NCBI GenBank assembly: GCA_023213395.1
Contig: CM041465.1
Coordinates: 12,710,001 to 12,774,000 of the forward strand
Direction: 5' to 3'
Length of the DNA stretch: 64,000 nucleotides
From: Cycas panzhihuaensis
Taxonomy: Eukaryota > Plantae > Cycadophyta
Position numbers and translations under genes: made by a program. Below are positions 52,605-64,000 of the stretch, one piece after another. How positions within the stretch are numbered: position 1 is the first letter of the stretch; the number at the start of each line of letters is the position of its first letter. The notes under the pieces were generated by a model. The model was given only the letters and a program-made list of their open reading frames with translations, had not been told where the DNA came from and did no database searches.

Positions 52605-55468
52605 TTTCCTGGCTTTCGGGAATGGATATGGAATCACCAACTCAAGTAAGTGCAGGTATGTTTCTCACCTTATCATCTCTTTCTTTTGATGAGTGTTTGC
52701 TTGCATGTCTGCATGTTTGTGGCTTTGTAGATGACTTTGCCTTCACCTACACTTATTTTAGCCTATGACGACTATAGCAGGGGCACACTCTTAGTGAGTG
52801 TGGCACCCTGGTGGCCACTCCACTTCCTGCATCTGCCCTCCTCGCTCCATGATCCACTTAGCTTGCGCCACCTCTACCTGTGTGATGACCCGTCATCATT
52901 TGGTTGACTTGCCACACCATTTGAGCCCTATTTTTGCTCTTCTGGACCCGTTTGTTGTCTTGTTTACCCCCGGGTAGGTGTCTCAGCCCACTATTGGCCC
53001 TTTTTGTCATCTGCCCACAGCCTAGGGCCGGGTAGGCCTGCTTTTGCCTCCCAAGGCTAATCACAAGATTTTGTGATCAGCTAGAAAATCTGTAATCGCT
53101 CTAACTTGTTTTTTTTAAATCCACCATGGCAATTTTGCATTTATTACGAAACTACCACATATCTCATGACTTAACTCGCTACCAGCCGTGCCCTAATCAC
53201 TTGCTTTAGGGTTTGGGTTGGGTACTTAAGTCAAGATCTACTCATTTTTGAGAACTTTTGGCTCACTTTTTAGATTGCTCCTCAAGGAAACCACGCTGTG
53301 CTCTGCTCTTCTCTGTTGCCTTGCTACTACTACAGGACCTGCGTCTCTCCTCCAGTGCCTAGCTCTCCTTCGGTGTGGCTAGGACATCTTCCTAGCCCCT
53401 CACACACATTGGAGAGGGCCCCTTGGAGAGATTTTAGTAGATTCTTGCCCCGGGAAGTCTTCAAGTGTTCCAAGTGCAGGTGTTTTCCCTCTAACTTCGC
53501 TAGCAGGGTCCTAAACCTGCTACACCACAGTTTCTGGGCTGATTTCTTAGCCTCTCCTTACCAGCCCTTGGTTGAGGCAAGCACTTCTCCTCTTCCTCTC
53601 AGGTATTCACTGATTTAAGTTGTGTCTCTCGTGCTATTGATGCCCTATCTTGCTTGTTTCTTTACTTGTCTTTGTGAGGGTTGTTTTCCTCTTTACATTG
53701 GACTATTTTATCTATGTTATAGTGCCTCTTACCTGTGTTTGTTTCTCAAGGTAGTGGTATTGATGGTTGACATAGGGTTTGGGAGACAGCTGGGTGGATT
53801 CTGCACCACCTTCCACGCTCCTCAAGCGGCTTTAAGCCCCCCAAACCTTCCCTCTTACCTCGTGCTGTCCTTGGCACTCAAACAAGGGTTTGTTGGCCCT
53901 CTCTTAGCCGCTAAAATCAGCGTTGTCACATGTTGCAGCGCTGGTTTGAGGGCTTAGGCTTAGGTCTAAGTGACTCACATAAGTCCCGACCGCTTGTTCT
54001 TGTCTAACTTTTTTCCCGGCAGCCTGGTTTGCTCTCCATAGCACCCCAGTTCGTCGTAGGTCTTCTTTGGCTCCTTCCTGCCCCCTTGCTACTATTTGCA
54101 GCCATCTTTCTTAGCCTTGCCCTCGCTACCTTGTGGCTTTTGGGGGGGGGTTAGGGTGTTCTTTGCGGGAGGTGGACCACTCCGAGGCTTACCGGTTACT
54201 TTCCTTTTGCTTCGGTTGTCCTCTTTCATATATTATCATCATTGTGTTGATGCTAACATATATGTGTTTAAGTTCATATTTATATTACATAGACATGTAT
54301 TGTTAGGATCTCGTCATTGCATGTTAGTACCCTTTCTCCGGAAAGGGGGAGGTCACCGTTGCTTGCAGGTGCTTGGAGAGTGAAAAGGGTATTTTCCTCT
54401 CATTCCATTGCCAATAAGTGCTCTTACGCATGTTGTACTTTCATATTTCATCGGTTACTAGTATTTGGTTCCTTTCTTTCCTTGGTTTTATACTTTAGTA
54501 TTTTTCTAGGGAAGGTAAGGGAGCCCCTCTTTCCAATCCACCACGACGCTTCGCATCCGCCGCACCTCATGGAGTAGTTTGGTGTCCCTCGGGAGGGCCC
54601 TCGTCATGCACGCCTCTGGTCCAGGTGCATGCCTCACTCCACCCTACTACTCTTTCCTTTTGAATTCCTTTTCATAAGTAGTAATTAACTCATTGGAGAT
54701 TAAAAGGGGAACTTAACTTTGCTTTCAGTTCATGCTTTATTTGTTTTATTGCATGCATCTTCACTACCCATAGGAAAAGGTCATAGGAACCGCTCTTTTT
54801 CACCTTTCCTCTCTTTCTTTACCATGCAAGCTTCTTGCCCTCCGTATTACTTGTATGCCCAGCTAGTTTGCTTAGGCATATGTTGACCTACCTTCTTGGG
54901 TCATCCCTCTTACTTTCCTTTGGTTCCCCGCTCCACTGGATAACCAAAGTGACCCCGTCTATAGGCCAGCTGCTTACCTATCCTTCTTCATTTCCTGTTG
55001 CTTTAGGGAAACCCTTGAAGGTTTCTCTCCTTCCCCTTCCAGCCATCCAAGGGTGGGAGGATCCTTCCCTTAGGTCACCCCAGGCTAACCCTACGCCTCC
55101 TCACCTCTTGTTCAAAGTGGTGGGGGATCACCCTTTAGTAGCTACATTCCATTGCAGGTCCTGAACTCGCGCTCTAGCGCATGGGGCGCCCTGCGTGGTA
55201 ATTACCCTACTTATAGGTCTCTTTCTCGATCATATTATCACCTGCTCTTACCATACCTATTTAGTTAGGTAGCTATCCCGTAGACGCGCATCCACTAGCA
55301 ACCATACTGGGGACTGCCAGTAAGGGAGCTAATTTCCACTCTCTTCCGTTGGTTTCGCTACCTTTTTGTGATCCTTTTTCACCTATTTTGATCTCTTCGT
55401 TGGGTAGCCCTTGACGCATGTGCTTTTACTGCCCTCCCCTTTTCCCTAACATTGTTGGTTGACCTTGC

Positions 55469-58400
55469 ATGCAATGCTTCTCTCATAGCTTGCGCGGTCT
55501 ACCTCCATTGTTAGAAGACCCTGAGTACCGCCCTCTTCCTTTGTCAGATTCTAATTTGACTATGGAGGGATACTCTTCTGATTGGGCCTACCACACCTCA
55601 ACCTTAGAAACCCATGTTTTTCCTTCCTCTATTCCCGAGTCCACCCAAGAGGGTGATGAACCCCTTTATTACCCAAGTGACCAACATCTCTCACTCGACG
55701 TCCATCCCTCTACCCATGCTATAGAAGGATCCGCTCCTCTTGAGACTTGCCACGTAATTGGTGACTCTTATGAGGAGCATCCCGAGGGACCTACATTGTT
55801 CGAGGTCCCAATTACCTCTTACGAGTATGTAGGAACCCCTCCTGTCGACGTGGTTGAAGCTCTCAACGAGTATCACCGCACGGCACGCTTACGACCGCAT
55901 CTTGGGTGGCTTAAGGGTGCTCTTCGTGGAGGAGCCTCTTCCTCTTCTGCTCCTCTCCCGCATGCCTCATCCTCATCTACTCTTCCTTTGACAACAAATC
56001 CCTTTGTGCCTATGCATGTATCCCGCTCCTTTCCTATTCCCGTAGTGGGGGCACGTGTTGCGCCTTCCATTTCTCATTGAGGTCCTAGTGTTTCAAGATC
56101 TCCCCGTGGTGTGTCTTTCCTTTAATTGAAGGTTAGCATACCCGTCCCTAACCAAACCAATGTGCCATCCCCTAATGTGGCACATACCTTTCCTAGTAGG
56201 CCTGTCAGTCCTACTAGCCTTTCATCTACTAGTCAAGTGGGACCCGCTCCTATACATTCTCAAAACCAACACATTGGTGCTTCCTTCTACATTCCCCCAG
56301 GGTATACTTCTCAACCTTGGGGGCAGGGTAGAGGAAGCCGTCTCCCAGTTTATGGGGTGGATCTGTTACACCCATATGGGGTCGCTCCACCTACGGGTGG
56401 CCCATATGGGTAAAACCTAGTTTCACATCCATCTTGTCCGTGTTCTAGCACAATTCCATTTGTTGTGCCTTCACAAGGGAACCCAACTCCCTTCCAAGGT
56501 ACCTACCCCCATGCCTCTTCTCAAAAGGGGGCGTTTCCTCAAGGAGGGATGGGTGTTCCACCCCCATCCACTCCTTGTTCATTACCTACTACGACATTCG
56601 TTGACCCTACGGTCTAGGCAAGGGCATGCCCCTTCATGGACTTTAGGTCGACACCTCTATCCATCGAGGCGCTAAGAACTAATCTACTGCCTCATCCCCC
56701 TGAAGTTCCTAGATTCGACAGAACTTCGTCGCAAGACCCGACGGAGCATGTGCATAGTTTTTCTATGGCATGCATCGATTACTGGGCTTACGACCACATT
56801 TTAATGAAATTATTCCTGCGGTCCTTGCAGGGTGATGCCCTCAAGTGGTTCTACCATCTCCCTGCCCATTCCATCCATTCATTCCAGTAATTAGTGGATG
56901 CGTTCATCAACTATTTTGATGTAGCCCATCCATTCGAGAGTGGAATGGAGTTGCTCCTTTCACTCAAACAAGGTCACGATGAAATGAATCGTGACTTTGT
57001 GTAGCGATTTCACGACTTGCTTCACTCCACTAAGGCAACATTGCTTGAGGAGTTGAAGCGAGACCTCTTCGTCAATGCACTTCATCTCGAAGTGCATGTG
57101 GAAGTCCTTAAGATAGGGGCGACCACATGCGACTCTGTAATCACCAAGTGTTTAGTGTTAGAGGCTATTGAGAACCAAGCTGGTCTCAAGAAACCTCTTA
57201 AGCCCTCGCAGCGCCGTGAGGCACCACCCCCAACCAAAGATACGAAACCTTCACAACCTACCTAGTCTTCCTCTCATCTGACTGAGAGGACTTTAGACCC
57301 TCTCGCATTAGCCATACGCTCGTTCGAGCATACGATGAAGGAACTCAAGCTTCAAGCTCTTTCATCCCCTACATCCAACAAACAACCCAAGCTCCTCTCC
57401 CCAGGAATGGAAACACCCAGTCCTCTCAAGTGAGAAGGTCAAACCCTCCGCTTGAGAAGAAGTGGTGCTCCATTCATGGGGAGTGCTTCCATGATGATTC
57501 ACGTTTAGGGCCTAACATCTTAGGGATGCCTCTCGATATGACCCAAATGGGCCTCAAGGCCTAATTTGGATCAACCAGTTCACAAGGATCCATTCTCTAA
57601 ACATGGGGAACGTGATCGCAACACCCAAACCAAGAGTAACCAGAACCGAGGAAGATCACTTGATCCCCGTCCTTCCCGCGACAAAGGGAAGGGTGCCCGG
57701 AACTTGTCTTCTTCCTCTCATTCTCCTAGCCATCGCACCCCGTCACCTTTGTGACCCCGCAACAAGGGGAAGAAGGTGATCCAGTTGCTTGAAGCGACTC
57801 CTTCCTACGCCCTTATATGGTCTCAAGCCGCCAAGGAAGCAGCAGGAGCTTCTTATTCTTCTGCTCCTTCCGACCCTCTTCCAGAGAACCTTCCTCCAGA
57901 AATACCTCTCTTTCCCAAGGATATTCCTGTACGCCTAGGTCGTTATGATTTCTGAAGGGCACTTACCCAGCCTACCACGAAGCGTAAGCCCTTCTCCATC
58001 GTGGACAAGATTCATACTGTTACCGCAGGAATGTCCTTGATGGATATTTTGAGGAGTTATCCTGAGTAGCAGGCCCTTCTCCTAGAAGCTTTAGGATCGA
58101 GTGATGTGCCTGTCCACGCTTTGGGCGTCACCCAAAGCTGTGGACCTATTATCTCATTTGATCCTAAGGATCTTCCTCTCGCGAGTGAAAGGGAACGTCA
58201 GTGGAACTTCCCGTTCACTATCACTATCGATACACCTGATTGTACCCTCCAAAGAACTGTTGTTGACAACGGTTCTTCTGTCAATTCCATGCCCTTGCGT
58301 GTCATGCAAGAGCTTGGTATCTCCACCTTGGAACCTGTTCCATGGCGATGCCAAGGTTATGACGGTAGCGAGAAGACCCCTTTGGGATCTGTCGTGATTC

Positions 58401-61400
58401 CGCTCACCCTTGAGGGCAAGATTGTTCTTGCCGACGTTGTAGTCCTCGACGTTGACATTGACTACAACCTCCTTCTAGGTCGTCCATGGCTCGACCAAAT
58501 GGGAGCTGTGTGATCGACTCTTTAGGGACAAATTAAATTCGTCCATGACGGATGGATGAGAGTGATTCCCCACGAATGCCCATTTACTAAACAAACTCGT
58601 TCCACTAGTTCGGCAAACCAAGGTCCTTCCACGCATGCCTTGGCTTGCTCTATTGGTATACCTAACCCATCCGAAGAAGATCCCACACCTTCTTCCCCTA
58701 GTCTCACGCGGTTTTCCCCTATTGGCATTGGGAGTTACGGGTACCTTGCTTCATTTAGTGACGATGAGTCACACGATAAAGATGAGGATTGTCTTTACCC
58801 TGTCTCTTTCCTCTGCACCAGTAGGTCGCACCCGTCTCATTCTAGATCCCTATCTAGAACCTCTCTCGTTGGTGAGGCTAGCCACTCCTACATGTCGCAC
58901 GTCATCGCTCATGTTGACCCATCCATCGTCAGTTCTTCTTCTTCATTACCCCCTGTAAGTAATGGCTTTAAAGAATTGCCTTTCGCTCCTTCCAAGGAGC
59001 CTCTTCTTAGCTTTCCTTCAGAATCCCATGAGGAAGTTGAGCAACACGATGACCATCATGGTCCCGTTGCTTCCACTCCCTCGAGTGCTTCCTCCACTCG
59101 AAGTAAGGTCATCCATGGGGTGGATTACTTCGAGGATGACGAAGCCTTGCTGAAGCATTTGGCAGGTTTTACGCCAAACTTGCCTTTTGGTCATCACAGG
59201 CTTGGTCACTAGAAGATCCTCGTGATCGGATCCACACTTACTGATCTAATCCCGTCTCCTATTCCACCTCCTCCTATTGACCTTGCCCCTCTCCACTTCG
59301 AGGAGGATAATGCCATGTGCACGGGGGTGACCCAAGACATAGTCTTGGCCCCAGGCAAGGTCATTAAGGTCAGGTTGGAATGTTCCCCTGATGAGATAAG
59401 GGAGTACTCCCTTCTGTTCCAGGAGTTCTGAGATGTGTTTGCGTAGGATTATGCTGACATGAAGGAAATTGACCCCTCCATTATCACTCATAACCTCACC
59501 ACCATTCCTGGCGCCTGCCCTATGCACCAGAAATAGCGTCCCCTTAACCCGAAGCTCTCAGCTGCCATCAAGATGGAGGTTAAGAACCTTCTGGATGCTG
59601 GGCTTATTACTTCCATCGACTACCCTAAGTGGGTCTCCAACATTATCCCTGTTGCTAAAAAGAATGGGGCAATCCGTATATGTGTCAATTTTTGTGACAT
59701 CAATAATGCTTGTCCCAATGACAATTTCCTATTACCCTTCCTCGATCAAATTATTGATCGCACCACTGGATTTGAAGTTATGTCCCTAATGGATAGCTTC
59801 TCTGGCTATAACCAGATTCAGATTTCTCCCGAAGACCGCCATAAGACGGCCTTCACTACTCCTTGGGGTACCTTCGCCTACAAGGCGATGCCTTTTGGCC
59901 TTAAGAATGTAGGTGTTACTTACCAAAAAGCCATGCATTTCATTTTCCACGACCTCATTAATAACACATTGGAAGTCTTCATGGATGATATGATGGGTCT
60001 CTCCCATGTCAGGGCCCATCACCCATCCGAGTTACGTGCCATCTTCTCACAATGCCGCAAGTATCACGTCAGTCTAAATCCGCTCAAGCGTGTGTTTGCC
60101 GTTACCTCGGGTAAACTCCTTGGGTTCCTTGTGTCCAAACAAGGAATTCAGATTGACCCTAATAAGGTCAGGGTAATCCTCGACATGTCGTCGCCTAGAA
60201 CTCAATGATAGATTAAGTCATTTTTAGGAAGGCTTGGTTTTCTTAGGCGCTTCTTAGCTGACTTCGCTGTGAGCACTAAACCCCTCACAAACCTATTGAA
60301 GAAGGGAGCTCCTTTTGCCTGGTCTGACAAGACCCAAAAGGCCTTCAAAGGACTTAAGGAAGCCCTAACTTCCACTCCTACATTGGCGCCTCCTTAATTC
60401 GATAGGCCCTTCGTCCTATACACCTCAGTGATTGACAAGTCCTTGGGCACTATGCTAGCTTAGGAGGATGACTCGGGAACCGAGAGAGCTATATATTTTA
60501 TCAGTCGCACCCTCGTGGCTACTGAGCTTAACTATTCCCCTACCAAGAAGGAGTGCCTCTCCTTAGTCCATGCGACCAAGAAGTTTAGATACTACTTGCT
60601 CGGCAACACCACCAAGGTGATCGTTTAATCCGATCCCTTGCGATACTTGCTAACTCGTTCGGATTTGATGGGTAGGGCTGGTTGTTGGGCCGACTTACTT
60701 CAAGAATTCAACCTCCATATCGTTAACCAGAAATCAAAGAAGGGAATGATAGTGGCTGAGCAACTCGCAGATACCCCTATCCCTAACTCCTTTGGTGCCC
60801 CCATTAACGACTCTCTCCCCTATGAGTCTATCCTGATGATTCAGGGAGCCTCTCCCCATCCACTCATCGACAATGAGTGGTATGGCGACATAGCGCGGTA
60901 TCTTACACAGCAGTAATACCACCCCGACGCCAGTAGTAAAGTTAGATCTCATATCTAGACTTCTGCCAGGCAATACCTCCTCATGGCTGAGGTATTATAC
61001 AAGAGGTCCTTCGATGGGATCCTCCTCCGCTGCGTCACTACTAACGAAGTCAACCAGGTACTTTGCGAATGCCACCATAGTATTTGTGGGGGTCACTTTG
61101 GGGGCCAGTCTATGGCTTAGAGGATCCTTCGCATGGGTTATTTCTGGCTATTCCTCTTCAAGGACGCTCACACCTTTGCTCTGAAATTTCGATGATGTGA
61201 GGAACACACCAACATTTCCCATGTGCCTTCCGAGGCCCTGCATCCCATTATTTCACCATGGCCTTTTACTCAGTGGGGACTAGACCTTATTGGGGCTATC
61301 TCCCCACCTTCGTCATCACAGCACAAGTTTATCTTGATTGCCATGGAGTATTTTACCAAATTAGTTGAGGCCATCCCCTTGATCACTACCCCTGGTAAAA

Positions 61401-62125
61401 CGATTGCCACGTTCATTTTCCAGCACATCATTTACCATTTTAGAATTCTAGACGTCCTAATCACTGATAATGGAACTCTTTTCTGTAATAAGGAAATGGA
61501 TGAGCTTTATGAGAAGTTTAAAATTTCTCACAAGACTTCCTCCCCTTACTACCCTCAGGCAAATGACCAAGTGGAGTCTTTCAATAAGACTCTCGTCAAC
61601 ATTCTCAAGAAAACCATTGCTCAATCCCAAAAGGATTGGCACCTTCAGTTGCCCTCTGCCTTGTGGGCTTACCGCACCTCTATCCGTTCTACCACAGGAA
61701 TGACCCCGTTCTCCCTAGTCTACGGTACTGAGGCGGTACTCCCACTGGAGGTGGAGATTCCTTCCTTGCGAGTCTCCCTTCGAGGTTTCGTTGATGAAGA
61801 GTCGATCCGTTAGGCTCACCTGCTAGACCTCGAAGCTTTGAATGAGAGATGCTTAGCCACTTATCAGGCTAACCTGGCATCATCCAAAGCTCACTCACAA
61901 AGGGCCTACAATAAACATCTTCGTTCCCGCCCTTTGTTTCCTGGGGACCACGTCCTCAAGCTCAAGTATCTCCATGATCGCTTGACCAAATTCAAACCCC
62001 GATGGGTTGGTCCTTTCATCATTATTGAATCCCTCGATAATGGTGCCTACAAGATAGCCACCCTAGAAGGGCTTGAATTCAAGAAAGCTGTTAATAGGAA
62101 ATTCCTTAAGAAGTTTTATGTGTGA
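55469..62125 (+). pseudogene. Tat/Ogre-like gag-pol with multiple premature stops
   Basis: gag KLFLRSLQGDALKWFYHLP; PR VVDNGSSVN, YNLLLGRPWL; RT KWVSNIIPVAKKNG, GYNQI, MPFGLKN, EVFMDD; INT CHHSICGGHFG, WPFTQWGLDLIG, ITDNG, PRWVGPF. Confidence 0.95.
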
Positions 62126-62719
62126 TCTTTCGGTGATCTCTTCACCCCGCTCCGAAATGAACCTAAACTACCATCTTAGGTTGCCCCCATTCTTCCTAAC
62201 TATGGGTAGAATGGCAATTTAAGATGGATCCTTCTTCTTCTTTTTGGTTCCTTCCACAGAACCTGCATTCCCATACCCTCTCGGGAACTTTTGTCATCCT
62301 GCTTGGGCATTCCCCAATCAGGAAGACACTTGGGAGCATTGTTGCTCCTCTTTCCTGTTTGTCGTTTCCTTCGCATATTCCGCTATGCTCTTCCATAGAC
62401 GTATATACCACTCTATCCTCTAACCTCACACCTCTCTGTCGTCTCCACTCATGATGTGTGTGTGTGTGTGCTCCTGTTAGACATATAGCCATACATGGAA
62501 GGAAACGTGTGCATCATACAATAAAATATTCACAACATAAAATGTCTACAGCATAACATTTGCAACATACAAAATAAACACACATGTCATCCACACGTGA
62601 TAAATACACAGTATCTTATGTCCAAATGGGGTTCTAATTACCCCATATATATATACATCCAAAACATCATATCACAGCATACATCTAGGAAGCCGGTGTC
62701 CTTGTAGGGGGGGTACAAT

Positions 62720-64000
62720 CATATGATCCTATATATGACCCCGAGGCCCGCAGGCTTTCCCCGCCGTAATCATATATACATATCCTACTCTACTGCTGGC
62801 CCCCTCCTGGGGTACCATCTCCCAGTCTGTGTGATCCCTCTCCTAGGGACCACATGCCTTCGAGGCTCCTCCTAGGCCTCCGAGAGCTGCCCACCTTGCT
62901 TACCTAGTCTCATGGTCATCTCGGGGTCGTTGCCACCGTGTGGGTATGCGTCCTGCTCTGGCTCGACCTCGACGCCATCTGCACTATCAGCTGATCGTAT
63001 CGGGCCTGGATACGATCCCTCTCTCCTTGAAGTGCTTCCTCTGTCACCCTGAGATGCTCTGTGACTACCGCTAGCTAGATCCTACTCCCGGCATCTTCGC
63101 CTGCTCCGCCTAGTGCCTCTAGAGCCTGAACCCATCCGCGTAGCTCATCCCTCTCGTGCCTTGCATCGTCTCTCTCCTACTGTAGTCATCCCCGAGATGT
63201 CACATGCTCTTGGGACTCTGCGGTCCATATGTCCCTCGCCCTCACTAATGGGGCAAATGCCTCTATGTGGGCACCTGCCGCTCTAGGCTCATCTCCTGCC
63301 TAGATAGGCGGTTGCCCCTCTGCATACACCTAAGGGAATATCTCCCTCACCATAGCCTCTATCAGTCTCTGGATCTCTGCTGCACCTACCAATGCAACAT
63401 GCCATGTATCAGTATGTATCTCACCATATACCATAATCAAATCAAACATCTATCTAGATGCCAAATGACTCTGGAAAAGGTTAGGTCTCTCACTGCATGG
63501 TCACTCCTCGGGTCATGCAAGATCCTCTCCTCTGGCTCTCGCCACCGTGAGGTGCCTCATCCTCTGGCACATCCTATGCCTGGGCCTCCCTCCTCGCAGG
63601 GGCCAGCTCAGCTCTCGTCCCTCCAGATCCCATCATGATCCATAGCCTGCGGGCCCTGGTCACGGGTCTCCTACTCTCGTCCTGTGCACCTGATGGGCAT
63701 GCCTCTCCTCTAGCAGCCCCAGATGGACCCTCTGCACCTCCTGCCATCCCTGAGGGACCTGCCTCTCCTACAGGTTGTGACGGGCTGGCCCTATCATCTC
63801 CATTATCTCCATCGTCTCCACCATCATCACCTGTGGGCACTCCTGCTCTACCTGTCTCGTCGTCATTATCCCACCTCACTATCCTATAGGGCTTTGCTAT
63901 GTAGTCTAGTAGGGTGAGGAGGTCTAGTGACGTAGCCTCCACTTATCGTTGGACATGGGCTCGGTCCTCTGTCCCTCTCAGCCGATTCTGCCACCTGTGG
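62720..64000 (-). pseudogene. C-terminal part of the antisense 3' ORF (paralogue of the PMD ORF tail), intron-containing
   Basis: LLDYIAKPYRIVRWDND aligns with VEEYVRDPYHVMHWESD (48704); GT..AG intron 63386-63493; coiled-coil-like tail; PMD core would lie beyond the window. Confidence 0.7.

Larger units (their letters stand above)
52605..64000 (+). mobile_element. Younger Tat/Ogre-like Ty3/gypsy element (partial LTR/leader, gag-PR-RT-RH-INT, antisense 3' ORF) running off the right edge
   Basis: Domain order PR-RT-RH-INT; long leader; CpG largely retained; probable LTR end gttgtcaca at ~53930 (unconfirmed, no second LTR in window). Confidence 0.9.

Noticed and set aside
53298-55164. Several 85-111 aa ORFs as an Ogre-type upstream ORF1
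   Set aside because: They fall in different frames, are Leu/Ser/Pro-rich by composition and have no motif; more likely LTR/leader sequence

Overview
Gene-free, AT-rich land-plant heterochromatin made almost entirely of nested, decaying LTR retrotransposons; no intact host gene, rRNA, tRNA or CRISPR array is visible. It holds two Ty1/copia elements (one complete with LTRs, PBS, PPT and TSD; one 5'-truncated), six relics of one Tat/Ogre-like Ty3/gypsy family, a gag-protease-only non-autonomous gypsy element nested in a copia, a 324-bp TRIM, two solo LTRs, and a ~6 kb diverged segmental duplication. Two highlights. (1) A 4-kb non-autonomous LTR element (30692-34742) whose only cargo is an intronless, host-derived tandem-BRCT reading frame (At4g02110-like) that runs in frame into the PPT/LTR; its LTRs are related to those of the gag-PR-only element. 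(2) The Tat-like family has a pol RNase H lacking its first catalytic Asp, while the region 3' of one copy carries a divergent two-gene cassette: an antisense plant-mobile-domain (PMD) gene and a stand-alone archaeal-type RNase H gene either side of a hairpin-rich spacer. Alignments and translations were done by eye; boundaries marked ~ are approximate.
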